A stretch of DNA of 64,000 nucleotides from Stylophora pistillata (Eukaryota). The stretch's first letter is position 1; each line of letters opens with the position of its first letter. The position numbers and the translations under genes were made by a program. Below the pieces are notes generated by a model, which worked only from the letters and a program-made list of their open reading frames with translations, did not search any database and was not told where the DNA came from. This document shows, piece by piece, positions 50,751 through 64,000 of this stretch. The DNA is taken from NCBI RefSeq assembly GCF_002571385.2, contig NW_019217867.1:403108-467107 (forward strand), given 5' to 3'.

Positions 50751-52112
50751 CTAGATTATGGTAACTTCCAGATCGGGTGACAAGTCTTCATCAACTGTTC
50801 GAGTACTGTCCATTCTGACTCGCCCGATGTTCACAATTTCCATGGACATGGAAAATTCTTGAATTCGTTTCTCTGTGTAGCGATGAATGTTTGCTCCAGA
50901 GGTCATGAGTAGAGCCGCACACTTAAGATCCTTTCTCTTTAACGCATAATGTAAAGCAGGCCATCCTTTGTCGTCCTCCATATTCAAATCCGCTCCATTT
51001 TTCACTAGCAGCTGTACTGCTTTGTAGTCTCCTTCTTGGGCCATTTGATGCAAAATCGTCTTACCACCTTTCATGGCGAAATTAATATTTGCCCCGAGTC
51101 TGAGTAATAGCTCGGCGCAATCATAATTTCCGATTTCGAAGGCTAGGCAAAGAGCAGTTCTTCCCTGCAAGTCCACAATCTCGGTTGATACACCACTGTT
51201 CACGAGGAACTTAGCAAGATTGGCAAATCCGTTTTGGACGGCTCGATGTAGAATAGTCATCCCTTCTTCGTCAAGAATAGCTGCTGATGCCTGTAGAGTT
51301 TCCTTATCGAGACGTTTGTTTAGTTCGATGTACTCGAACTCGTGGTTGTTCTGATTGGAAATGAGTAAAACGGAAGACTTGGCATGTTTTGATAGTGGTC
51401 GCGTTAAATCAAAACATTTACGCACATCATTGCCATATTGACATTCCTCGTCATCTTCTTCCAAACAGCCGATACTAAAAGTACCTGAGTCCCGGATATT
51501 ATTGGTAGTAATACTATTAGCACCTCCGTCTAGAGTGTCGGGCAACGAAGACCCTCGTTGACGATTTAAACGACCCTTCAAGTTCGACTTCAAAGCCGGC
51601 GTTGCACTTCCAGCCTGAAAACCGTATTCAAAATTTTGTCTAGTCGGAGGCGTAGCTGGTGAACTACATCTACGTGGTTTGCGAAAAGTCAAGTTTTGTG
51701 CTTTTTTCGAACCCTTCTTTATAGGAGTTTCCTGTCCATTTTCTCTCTTGTCTTGGTTTGGCAGATAGCGTCCCAAGCTCTTAAAGCTAAACTTTTCTTG
51801 TTCGTTTGTTGCTGCCTGAAAATCAGAAAGAGACCCTTCGCCACTATCACTTGAAATACTCCCATTCCTTGATTTCATCGCGGTCACGCTCGATTTAGCG
51901 AATCCCTTTCTTTTAAAAGTCTCTGAGAACTTCCTTAATGGCGAAGGAACTCGCCCGTTCTTCGGTAAAGTCTGTGCAAATAAAGTTTGACCTCGTAAAT
52001 CATTCGAGGTTGAAGTTTTCAAAACACGGCCATGCAGTGCTGTGTACGATAGCGGTTGAGTAGTTTTACTGAGTTCGGGAACCTTATTGTCGTCCACAAA
52101 ATCCGGCTTCAT
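50751..52112 (-). CDS. Ankyrin-repeat protein, 453 aa, single coding exon
   Basis: Intact ORF; four ankyrin repeats (GMTILHRAV, GRTALCLA, GKTILHQMA, GWPALHYA); Ser/basic disordered N-terminal half; probable 5'-UTR splice acceptor near 52267. Confidence 0.9.
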   Translation of the reverse strand: MKPDFVDDNKVPELSKTTQPLSYTALHGRVLKTSTSNDLRGQTLFAQTLPKNGRVPSPLRKFSETFKRKGFAKSSVTAMKSRNGSISSDSGEGSLSDFQAATNEQEKFSFKSLGRYLPNQDKRENGQETPIKKGSKKAQNLTFRKPRRCSSPATPPTRQNFEYGFQAGSATPALKSNLKGRLNRQRGSSLPDTLDGGANSITTNNIRDSGTFSIGCLEEDDEECQYGNDVRKCFDLTRPLSKHAKSSVLLISNQNNHEFEYIELNKRLDKETLQASAAILDEEGMTILHRAVQNGFANLAKFLVNSGVSTEIVDLQGRTALCLAFEIGNYDCAELLLRLGANINFAMKGGKTILHQMAQEGDYKAVQLLVKNGADLNMEDDKGWPALHYALKRKDLKCAALLMTSGANIHRYTEKRIQEFSMSMEIVNIGRVRMDSTRTVDEDLSPDLEVTII

Positions 52113-55100
52113 GATGGATACGCTAGATCTTATCCTTCATAAACCAGGAGGGATGATCGAAAAAATTGTCCCTAGTTATACCGTTGTTCCGTTTTTGTCA
52201 GCTGGATTACGGTGAGTATTGGCTGCAGGACAATGCTGTTGGAATCTTGCTCCAAAAGCTCAAAGCTGAAAAGATTAAGACAGATTAGTTAGGCTTTGTT
52301 CAAAGGCCTCTTGGAGACTAATTACTGGTGGAGTTTACCTAAACAAACGTACAGCATAGCCAGATGTTCCACTGAATTTTTATGAAACACTCTAAGGTCG
52401 CCACCCACGGCATGTGCAGACTTGTTGAGTCTTGTTCACAAGGTGAATATGTCTGAGTTTAGTGTCTGCTGAGCATTTGGTGTAAAGATTAAGCGATGAT
52501 TAATTAACTCTTGATAGTTTGTCATGTGGAGTGACGAGTAATCAAGCGATCAGCCTATTAAACACCAATTGCTTCGAAACACACAGCGGAGTGCCGCTAA
52601 CTGAGTTTTACGGGACATTCCAGGAGCAGTAAGTTGTAAATAGCAAGGAGCGCATAAAGCTACTTGAGATTGCCGGGACCTAAAAAACTCATCTCGAAGG
52701 AAATCCAAGCAAGGAACAAGTGAAAGAAAAAATAGTAATATCTTAACAGAACGATGTTTGATTAGATATGTATTGACCCAGTCTGTAGCCTAAGGCATTA
52801 AAATCGATTAATAAACATGAAATTGGAAAAATAAACAAAGAATTGAATCGAACTCAATATTGAACGACTCGAATATTCCCTAAAAGCGTGGTTTGTGGCC
52901 AGCGATGACGCAGCATTTATAATATAGGTGTTAAATTCAACCTAACTACCACAATATTATGCTTGCTTGGTTTAGTAACTTTTTATGGCACATTATAAAC
53001 CCGCAGAGGCTAAATTTCCCGTCTGTTCGTTGATAAAATAAAATTGTAGCAAGTTTTGCTAGTAAATCTCTTTGACAACTGCTCGAAACAAGGTCCATGG
53101 CAGATATTGGTCGCAACATCCCTTAAACGACAAAACCCTTTGAGTATGTTACGGATATCCATTTCTATTTTAATTAAGATAAAGTTTGTGTTTTCTAGTA
53201 TAGCCTTCGTAGTCTATTTGAGAAGTGAAAAGCTGCGATCTGCGTCAAATCTGTCTTGACTTTACAGGAAACCGTGGCAAAACATCATCACAGTTAATGT
53301 CACGTGACACAAGGTATCCATTCAAGTTGAAGAAAATTAGCATGCAAACGACAAAAGACGAGCTACAATGCGAATGTAAATAAATTATTTTGAAGTTGTA
53401 ATTGCTACAGGAAAGACTAAAGTATAGCATCCAGCGAGCCAAGCTATGAATCGCCTTCTTCGCGACAGGAATGGATACAAATTTAAAGAATGTCATTGTC
53501 TACTAAACTTGAATTCATACCATATTGAGCCTTGTTGATCTCTCCTTTTTTATCATTCTATAGGGGATGACAATTGACTGATAAAGTTTTACAGTTGCTC
53601 CAAACAGGTGTCTCATTTTTTTGAGCCTGATTCCTCGGATTGCTCTCTTTATTATGGTAATGCAAATGCAAAATTATTCAATGTCTGGACGCATGCATTA
53701 TTTCATTCCGTGACTTAATGACTGTTTTGGTAACAGTTGTGCTTCTTGTTGACTCATGATTACCCCTGAGGAGGGCTAATAGTAATATAGATACAGAAAC
53801 AATACTTTCAACTCTATTAATGCCCTCAGCTTCGACTTAAGCTAATCAAGTGGTTATAAACTCCTGCGCCAATGCAATGCCCTATAATCTCGTAGCACAT
53901 GTAAATTATGTTTTAAAACTAATTATTGCTCAAGAGGTGATACTAAACAAGACCTCGTAACATAGTTACGAATAAACATATGGTTTGAAAACATTTTAAT
54001 CTGTTAGACCTTTGGCTTCTGTAGGGCTATTAGCCTAATTAGGTAAAACTAATTCGGGCCATTAACGCCTTAAAACCTTTTTCTTTATTTCCTCAAGTTT
54101 GCATAATGACTCATGATTCATCACGGGCTGTTCGTCACAATCAGTTTCAGTGGGGACTAGACTCTTTGAACTCGAGTGTTATAGGCCGTGGGAAAGGGAT
54201 CAAATTTAGTCTGAACAGTAAAAAGGAATACACACTATAATAATGATGAAAAAAAGGAAAAAAAATTGAAATTTTTAGCCAAAAGATCCACTGCTTAGTA
54301 TTGACCATAGAACTGAGGTAGTCTGCCATAACAAATTAATCGCACCTCCAGGTTGTGTTCTTGTTAAATGAACTAGAAAACACAAAGCATTACAGTATAT
54401 CGATGCACTGGATTTTCAGTCCAATATAACTGAAGAGAAAATAATGCAATCAGTGGAAGATACCGCCACCACATGCAAATGTTCAAATTAGAAGTGCTAG
54501 CTGCATCATAAATTGAAAGAAACACTTTTTGTACAAAACACAAAATAATGTACAAATGCATCATGGCAAACATTCAAACCGATAAAAACGTTTCTAATAT
54601 TCGTTCTACTGCCAAACAAGTTTTAAAAAATAACTGATTAATTATCTATTAGCAAGCTCGTATATACATTTGAGTGATCTATATCTAATGATCCAGTCAG
54701 TTGCTTTGGGAAAATGCTAGCTCACGATCAAGCTTTGGTATATATTAGCTATCTTGGCATGTATATAGTTGTGGTTATTTTTTTTTTTTTCGTTATAGGC
54801 AATTAAGTAAGTAACGGAACTATTGTTAGACATTCCATATTCACAGATACAAGAGCAAAACTAATCTCGAAAAACGTTTTCCGTGACTCAGTTTTATTAA
54901 CTGCACCACATTTCTCAAAATAGGTCCAATTACATAACAAGAGCTTTTTGTTTCTTAAGTTCGTATCGAAAACTAACGCAACTGGCTTCACATGAACCAA
55001 TTTCCTCTTAGTTGCCAAGTAATATTTCCGTTTAACAACATTTTACTCAACATTTCCTCAGGTTTCATTCAATGACTCAATGTTGGTGTTAAACTGTTCT

Positions 55101-58100
55101 ATATAAAACTGTGCCATTGGTGAATAAAGACATTGAAGAGACCTTAAACTTAGTGGTGAAATTAGAGGAAACTACAAATTCTTCAGGGTATCAAATGCTG
55201 GAGCATGCTTATAGGAAATATTGCTCTTGCATCAAAAACATTACGAAATTTTCTTCGCTGTAGATATGAGAGTGCAGTGGATTGAGGTGCAAACAGCAGC
55301 CAAAGTGTTGTAGTGTAAGTGTAAAAGAAAAAATTGGAAAATTTCAAATCAAGTCAGCCATAACTGGAAATGGGAAGCCTGGTGCAGATTCCACCAAAGT
55401 ACGCCATTTTCGTACCAGTTTGTACCAAGAGAGAGTATAATCTCTTGTTTGCACCCATAATTTTCGTTGAGCCTTTCGACAATTAAAGCCAAACGACGGC
55501 AGTAAAGAGAAGAAGATCGCTCTCTACGTCCGCCTAACCCAAACCCAGTAGTGAATTGCGAGTAGTTAGTTGAAACAAAGAATATCTTCAACGAGCAAGT
55601 GCACATAAAGCGATATTTTCATCATCATGATAGTATCTTTGTTTGTGTAATCCTTTGGATCGTTCACTAATCTTGCGATACAAGCTCCCATCTTAAACTC
55701 AAGAGAATGTTTTTACTCACCTTACAAAAATGTGATTTCGGGATTAGTCCGGCTAAGAAGAGATCAGAGCGAACAAGTTTGAATCAACTGACTTTGTCAT
55801 CATTACGGCAGAATAACTTTACCCAGGTTACTCAATCAAGCTATGCTTCGTTTCTGATGGATATAGCTAATGCATTAATCTTAAATGAAAGCTTTCTGGG
55901 CCAATCCTTTAAGTACTCACGCTTTATAGTTTTTTTTTTCCGGGCGATATTGTTCCCCTAGCGTTGTCAAACGCTTTCACTTAAGACTTTTGACGCAAAT
56001 CACAAGAGCAACTCCTTTATAAAGTCCGCACTTTACTAACGCACTTTTATGAAGTATTTACTCGTCTAATGGTTTATGTTTAGTTTTTTTTTTTTTTTTT
56101 TTTTTGCATTTTTTATAGCGTCTTTTAGTCTTAGGTCTGAGGTTCTCTCTATATTAAGGTTGTTCAGGGAACCATCTTGTGCAACCGCTTCGAAATTAAA
56201 AGTGCAAGATTTATTGTTTTGAATATTTGGGGGTAAGATGTAAGTTAGATAAACGCTTTACCGGCACACTTGAGCTTTCCCTGAGCCTACATGAAACTTT
56301 AAATCATAATTTCGTGTTAGTAGTTTTATTTCTGACAGATTTGTCAAAAGTAGATATGGTATAAAACAGTAGACAAAAAACGAAAAAGTCCTGGGAACAT
56401 GCCGGCCATACAATTCAGATAATGTCCGGTAGCTTTACACCTATAGAGTAGATTAGTTTTGATGAAAATTGGACTTAACCTCTCAATTCTTTGGCGACAG
56501 AAAACGCGTTTTTTGACGTCATTTCCTGCTTGAGATGTGACTTAAAAGTATTCAATTCTTGAACTTCAACCCTCCAGATGATGATCTCTTGCATTATCTA
56601 ACATTTCAAAACTTTTAGAAACAATATCGAGTTCCAAAGTAACGGATTTTCGAATTTATTGAAGTTTCTACTTAATTCTATTTCTTGCTGAGGGTTGATA
56701 CCTTCTTAGGGTGCTTTTTAGGAGCTGGACAGTAACTGCATTCTTTACTCGAACAAAAACCGTTTTGCAGCATCCTGAACAGCCACCATTTGTAAACCAT
56801 GGATTGGGGTGACCTACCATTTTGGTAGCCTCGAATAGGCCCTCATTAAAAGTAATTCAGAAACAGCACTTCTGCGCCAGCGAGAAAGTTTGAGGCCCTG
56901 AGCAACGCTGGCCGGCGAGATGTCTGAGAGTTGCACTGATAAAGTGTTAGTGCCAGATCCCCTGCAGAACTCTGCCGCAGCGCTAATAACGATGCCCTTC
57001 TCGCAGGCGTGCAGCCAGGTTACTAAGTTTTTCTCGAGATGGCGCAGTCCATTATCAAATTCTTTTTTCTCTATGTGCTGACAGTGTTCGTGCAAAAAGC
57101 AATATATTCTTGTAGATCCTTTTTATGGTACCTGACTAGAAGCATGCTTCTTCTTAAACACAACTTTGACTCACGTGTGAACACCGCGACAGCCACTTTC
57201 TAGTCTAATATGGATTACAATCTCATTGTTTTAAAAAAGTTTTTTTTTTTCCAACTAACGAATAGTGTCAGGGTATCTCTATATATCTTATTAAAGATTT
57301 TCCAAAAGAAAATATTTCATTCATGTGGGAAAAGAATATATCAAGAATCGCTGTGACTCGAGATCTTGCATAGCTGTGGTGAATAAGCAAACAATCGTTT
57401 GTATGTGTCTAAGATGCTGAGTTGCTTATCAAAAGACATCATGGTCGAAAATGAGAATCAAAGGGCTTCTGAAAAAAAAATATGCGGAAAAGGGAAAAAG
57501 TAAAATTGCACGAAAAAAAATTAAATGATGAGTCTGAAAATAAGTTGATGCAAAACCCCCCTATCATAACGAACTGAAAAAAACGCGTTGTGATCGGTTG
57601 GCATATATGTTGGCAGGTTATTGTGATCATGAGTTAGATCTCTTGCATACAAGTCAACGCAGTTACAGAGTGAAACAATTCTGCTTCCCCTTTCCCAAGC
57701 AAAATCTCATTAGTTATTAATTTGTTGTTATGTTGTATTTGAATCATTCTTTAAGGGTAGTCGTGGTCGGCTTATAATAAGTTAGTGATATTTTTGCTTT
57801 GGACACTGAGCAACATAGTCAATAGATGAGTGACAGAAGGACATTGTTGAATGAAAATAATTTTTCCTGAAATATAAATGTATTATCTTCATGCCGGTTT
57901 GTTTCACGGGTCAGTCGTGTTCAGTTTCTTAGACACAAGTTATGTTGTGATCATGGCCAATAATCCTATAAATTAAAAACGAAAAAGCTAGTGGCTATGG
58001 CAGACAACAGTTTACATATATATGGAATAAGTAAGAAAACGCTCATAATTTCGACCTTTTTTGTCTTGGTTTCATGTTTTTTAACTTGACCATTCGATCC

Positions 58101-60501
58101 GTGACTACAGTTTAATGGCAAGCAGTGATATTGATTCTAAATGATGTAAATCGTTCCAAATTGTTCTCCTGTGAATAGCTCTGTTTGTGGGTTTTAAGAT
58201 ACAACAGTTTTGCAGCAATATCCGTGAGTCTTCAGTGGTGTTAATATTGTTGAGTCGTCAACATTGCCGTTTGCTAAATAAACCACAATTTCAAACGACG
58301 CTTCAAAGATTTATCCATCTACTAAAAGGCATTTCACAATCAGGAACTCAACTGAAATCGGAAGTTTCTCCTTCTGAAGCGAGAAACAGGCTACAAAGTA
58401 AGGAAATACGCAACATCCTGCTTTCATTTCAAATTCACGATAAAAAATCTCAGCACGTGTTCATACAATTGTTGTTTTACGTACTAAGACCCTTCATGGT
58501 AATAAAATACATATTTCAACGGAACAATGCTATTTCCATAGGCTTTAAATTGTTTTGCAAACAGAACAGGATAGAAAAAGAAAACCCTGCAATTGAAAAG
58601 AATAAACTGACTTGTAAGCCGGTCACGTAGTCGTGTAAATTTATCGTGTTTGACATTGCATGACTAGCAAATTACATTCAGTTTATCAAAGATGTTGCCT
58701 GTGGAGCATCGAAATTCATTTACAAAATGTTTCCTGGATCGGTTTTTAGTTACTCGTTTCTATTTTTTTTGAACAGAAAATGAATAGAATAGAGGTAAAG
58801 ATTTTTTGTATTTTGTATTTTTTCTTAAATATACAACTTTGCCTTTAATTTTTTTCCTTTTAAATGGCTGATATCTGCATGTATCAAAATAAAATATATA
58901 TAAGTTATCAGGCTCACCAACCAACTGACACACTTAAAAATTTCTGCGAATGATCTGGAGCAAAATGTGGCCAGCCTTGAAGTATAAACGGGACGGTACA
59001 GTAGCCAATGTTTATGTCTTCTTTACTGAAAGCTACCACAGTTATTCCATAAAATGCTCCTCTTTAATTACATCCAGCTCTTGATCACTTGGCCTTTGTC
59101 AGGGAGAAGTAGAGATGTTATTTCCAACGAAAGCTATTATTTATATTGTTTCTGACTTAGCAAACACAAAATTCTCGCAAATGGAACTTAATGTAACCTA
59201 CAATTCACACCCGCGAATAAATCTTATCATTAGAATTTCAATTCCTGATGACATGACACAAAAGCTATTAATATTTATCAAACATATTTGAATTTCTTGG
59301 TAGATTGAGAATGAATAATATTGATACTTCTGTAAACATCTCTTAGGAAGAAAATGATTTCGTACTGAATGACAAGAAAACTGAAAACAATAGAAACAAT
59401 TCTCCTTTAAGACTTTTTGAGTTCGTCGCTGTTTCTTAGGATTGAGAGCTTGACTTAAAAGGAAAGTGTAAATATTTGCGAAATCACACAATGATATTCA
59501 TTGCAAATTTTGGTCCGTAGCCACACCAACTAACTTTTTCGCTAATTTTTGGACTGCGCTGAAACAAAAGTTTTGAATGGTCGCAGGACAATTGAAATTT
59601 GGTTAGTGCAGCTTTTTATGTATACAGCTGTCACTTTTACGCATCAATGGTGATTTTGTTATAAGAATATTTTTGCTGTGAGAAAATTTGAAGTTCGTGA
59701 ATAGATGGAGTTCGGCCACCCCTATATAGAATGTAAGACCCACGTGATTAACCCTTAATTGTATTTCAAATTACGATTATTTCTCGCGCGATTGAAGACA
59801 GTTTCTATTGAAGACCTGTCCGAGTTCTCCACCCCATCTTTCGTGTTTATCTACATTTTGTGGCTGTTCTTTTTCTCGAATAAGGTCGAGTGAAGTCACT
59901 GGCCACATTGATTATCCCAAAGTACACGACCGCTGTGCACACGTACTTTACTGATATATTTAAGTGATGATAGGACATTTCACGGTTGGCTAAGAAATGC
60001 CTTCATACACTTACCCAAAAAACAGCATAATTCACGCTCCCCCTCAGATTAAAAATATGAATAGTGAATTTAAGTCGGATTAAAAGTTGTTAGCCATCGA
60101 TAAAACAGCGAAAATTTCTCTGTAGACTCTTAAACGTACTCGTTACACATCAGCGAGTTTTTGTAAGTTACACTTTGGCGAGTAGTTTTTTGGGTAGTTT
60201 CATCAGCCTACTCGTCCAGCTGAATTATTCAACTCAATACAATACAATTCAATACTGTACGTGATAAAACGCTGCTTGCGTGTTAAAAGGAAGTCGTCTA
60301 GCAAAACACCATCTGCTTCATACTGAAAGACACATCAAGGATGGCAAGTTATCACTTTAGGAGAAAATTGTTTTTGACAATGGAAGTAATTGTAGTGTTT
60401 TTAAACCAAGCTAAATTTAGCTAGGTGTATTTTTTGTGCATATATTTTCCAGCTTTTTCAGCCTTCCGGGTTTTCAAGTGTCTCTTGTTCACCATAGTAG
60501 T

Positions 60502-61233
60502 GGCCCGATTTATACTGGAGATGGATCATCCGTCCACACGGATCATCCGTCCACACGGATCATCCGTCCACACGGATCATCCGTCGACATGGATCATCCG
60601 TCCAGACGGATCATCCGTCGAGAAGGATCATCCGTCTAGTATAAATACGTGAAGGAGTATGAGACGAACTATCGGTTTGTCGTGTGACTCGTCCCGTGTT
60701 TTGTACTGGACGAGTTTTCTGAACGGATTTCCGAGAAAGCATAACGAAAAGGCTTGGGCCCTAGTCAAATGTTTTAGTGCCGCATTGGCGGCAAAATTCA
60801 AAATGGCGGAAAATTTCGAAATGGCGGCAATGACACAAGTGTTTTTTCTCCTCTGCTAACAAAAGCGCAAGGTATTTCATTTCTGTATTCGTCCATACAC
60901 GTTCTTTTTTTGACTTTCTGGGCTTGTACGAACCATCATTTAACTTGTCCGCCATCTTGAATTGATAGTTTATTGAAAACAACCGCTGGCTTCTTGTAAC
61001 GAGGTGTAGTTTTGGATAGTTCGTCTTCTTCCCGCATTTATACACAGCGACGAATCATCCGTCTTCACGAGTTATCCACGATAATTCGTCTGAGAAGACA
61101 GACTATCGCGATAGCTCTGGATGGATGATCCGACTGGTTGCCCGTGTTTATACACAGACGGATTCAGACGAGCTACCGTTCCTTGCCCAAGCTCGTCCTA
61201 GACGGATGATCCGTCTAGAGTGTAAATCGGGCC
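60502..61233 (-). mobile_element. Non-autonomous Harbinger-like element with a 17-bp subterminal array
   Basis: TIR GGCCCGATTTAYACT; 3-bp TSD AGT; (GGATCATCCGTCCACAC) x ~7 at 60523-60638; inverted degenerate units at the right end; Myb/SANT-like start RVWTNTEMKYLALLL. Confidence 0.75.
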
Positions 61234-64000
61234 AGTGTATACAATCGTTATAATTTTTTAGCGAAAAAAATCTGTTTACGTCCGAAAACGTCCAACTTAA
61301 TAACTAATATCAGACGATTCAATTCCGAGAAAGATGCAGACTGAGAAATTCTAGAGTCGAAGTATTATCAAAAGAGAATTTATACCCTCGCCTGGATTCC
61401 GTGTCTCGGTCAAAGACGCATTTAGTGTCAAGGTATTGTATAAATCACTAGGTTAGTTATTTCCTCAACATGAGTGATAGTCCTTAGTTTAAACTCATAA
61501 TTAAAATGACCCTTATCGTCAATAAGTATTAATTGTGAAGATTAAATAGAACTTTATATGTACATTGAGCTAGTTTCAAGCACTACGAATTGAAGATCAA
61601 AAGTCTCATGAACTTACCGAATAAATTTTCGGCCAGGCCTGTAGTTTTATAAAGAATATCTGTTGTGTCACCGAATTGTCGTAAGCTTCGGCGAATGATT
61701 ATAAGATTGGCGAAGGACGATCTTTTCATCTAATAATATCAATGTTTAACAGTCAACTCGCAATGAAATGATTGAATACGACAAATTGAAAAAAAGAAAA
61801 CAAAACAAAACAGATTCAAGATCATTAATCAACCCATCCAACATGTAGCATGTCTAATATATTGCTATAGTCTTAGTCATCGACCAAAGGTATTGTTATG
61901 TCATTCGCAAAAGAGAAATTGGGAGACTACTTTGAAGAGCTTTGAAATTTAGATCATACGTACTTCCTGAATTCTTTCACGTACAAAATTGTAATTAAAT
62001 AACTGGTTTTTAAAAGCAGGTTTGTACATCAATGCATATCAGTCTTTGAAAAGCCGCATCTGCAAGAGAGAAAATTTTGCATGACAAATGGCGATTAAGT
62101 CGATTGGCGACCTGGAACAAAGAACAGCATGTGCGAAAATCTCTGGAGGCATTGTCTTCAGAACTGATATTACCTGCAGTCGCCTATTCAGTAATGTATT
62201 CACAACATCGTGCTTGCGACGTTCTTATCATCTTCAACCGATCAACATAAAAAACATTTTGTAGTGCCTGCTAGCAAGCCCTCCAGAGGCTCCCAAAGGG
62301 TTCCCAGGGCTGAGTGCAGTATGTATAATTTGAATATTGAGTAGGATAGCTTCCATGCTAAAAGTCCTACTTCATGTTTGACTTTCCATAGGACAGGATT
62401 TTATAACAGTTTGACAGAGTGCGGTGAATAATAGTTGGTTCGTTGAAGAAAGCAAAAACTGATCAACTCAGTCTACAGTTTTTCACAATAACCAGATATG
62501 GTTTGGTCTGGTCTTTTCGGTTCCAGCACAGAAATAATTTCCAAAAATATACATTGCTATCTTTTCTTTGGCTATGGAAAAATTGCATGCATGCATGAAT
62601 CATTCTGACTTGATGTCTCGATCCGTTTTTCTTGTATCATGTAATACTAAGATCGAAACAAGAAGACTAGCGCTGAAACCAAGCTTAAAATGGTCTGTGT
62701 CATCTAGCTTTCCGGCTATGACCTCGCCATCGGGAAGTTGTAGTTGAAATAAGTCACCGTTCGTTTAATTTGCAAATTTACCTTTACTGTTGAACTTTAC
62801 ATTAAATGCTATCCTGATTAATCCTCTTCTTCCCCAGACATTACGTTACTTGTGAGCTTGTCTTTACTTATTTTATGTTAACCTGTCATACCGAGATCAA
62901 GCAGACTGAAACCCCTTTTCGTCTTCGAAACAATTATCTATCTCACCATACTAAATGACCAAAAACTGCCAAATATTCCGCTCCTTTACATATACGTACG
63001 AAGATACGTTAACGTAAACATTTTTTCTTTCATTCATCCGCTTTCTCCTTTGAGAGTAAAGTTTCCAATTTTTTCCTTTTCAAATCGGTATCAACTCATC
63101 TTTAACGCATTAGTCAAGTACCTCCACGACTCCTTGCGCCGATTTTCAGATGATTTTTACTGTTGTGCAATTTCTTGTGACAAAAAATTACAGAGTAATC
63201 ATATTTGGACTGAATCAAAAGTGATAATGCTATATGTTTTCTCCCTCTGCTGTCCTTCTGTATTGTTTCAAACCAAAAATCAGTATATCTAAGAAACAAC
63301 TTACCTAGTATACGGCTAATGGCGGTATCCGTTTCTTGATGAAACCATTGCCATCAGTAACATTGTAGGACTCGCTGTTACTTCAATTGCTCTATTTCAA
63401 CTTGTTTTTACATTTTAATAGATTGATATAATTTAGATTGCTTCATTGTGTTTTTTCTTAAGGAAAAGCACGCATCTTAACCACATGCTGTTTAAAGTCT
63501 GATCTCGTCATGAATGCACAGAGGGGTGCCTTATCCTTTTCATTACCCAGAATAAACAACTTAGTAATTCAGGTACAGGTACCTGCAAAAACGATTACCA
63601 AAAAATATGCAGACAGGGCTAGCTGGAAATGCACCCATTTGATGGTTTGGGTTATCTTAGCTCTTAATTATCATTAGATTAACGGGTATTAAAAGAACTG
63701 CTCGGCACGGTCCTTATGGGGTCTTTGTGAATATAACCCCATTTGGAAGAACCAACAATGAGAGAAATTCCGTTACCACCATTGTTATTCTTAGCACATG
63801 AGTTCTACTAACGCTGCATGGTGCAAGTGGGAAATGAAGCCATTCTGTTTTTGTTTAAACTATTCATGATACACCGTTGTGAGTTTTTCAATGACAGTCA
63901 GCCAATTGTTTCTTTCTGGCGTGGATGACTGAAATAGTTTTCATAACAAAATGGCTCAATAATCATACCACTTAGGGCCATACATGTCTATGTGACTTAT

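Noticed and set aside
60523-60638. CRISPR-like array (also 19697-20103 and 8083-8152)
   Set aside because: Head-to-tail repeats without unique spacers; no cas genes; eukaryotic context
53056-63299. Short ORFs, including 58187-58630
   Set aside because: No recognisable domains, many non-ATG starts, no coherent exon chain

Overview
AT-rich eukaryotic DNA with GT-AG introns. The repeat families suggest a marine invertebrate, probably a scleractinian coral (inference). Bases 1-48.8 kb hold a tandem array of an MFSD12-like MFS transporter gene: one nearly complete 10-exon copy (23853-33212), two 3' partial copies flanking an assembly gap, one disrupted copy and one exon remnant. The array is heavily invaded by transposons. 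These include a BEL/Pao LTR element whose RT/RNase H/integrase core is replaced by an intronless Y-box (cold-shock domain) mRNA fragment, a 5.5-kb P element, a long-TIR Sola3-like element, a Kolobok-like THAP element, a Gypsy element, a solo LTR, an ISL2EU/Harbinger-type THAP transposase fragment, Penelope and LINE fragments, tRNA-SINEs and MITEs. Bases 48.8-64 kb are mostly unique, with a single-coding-exon ankyrin-repeat gene on the minus strand. Main candidates: (1) a bipartite P element whose transposase lacks the canonical C-terminal domain, while a second, convergent spliced gene inside the same TIRs encodes a C2H2 finger plus a homolog of that domain; (2) Y-box mRNA capture inside a BEL/Pao element; (3) an in-frame TGA shared by three transporter paralogs just before a predicted TM12, with a weak SECIS-like hairpin downstream. 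Family assignments come from motif recognition by eye, not database searches.
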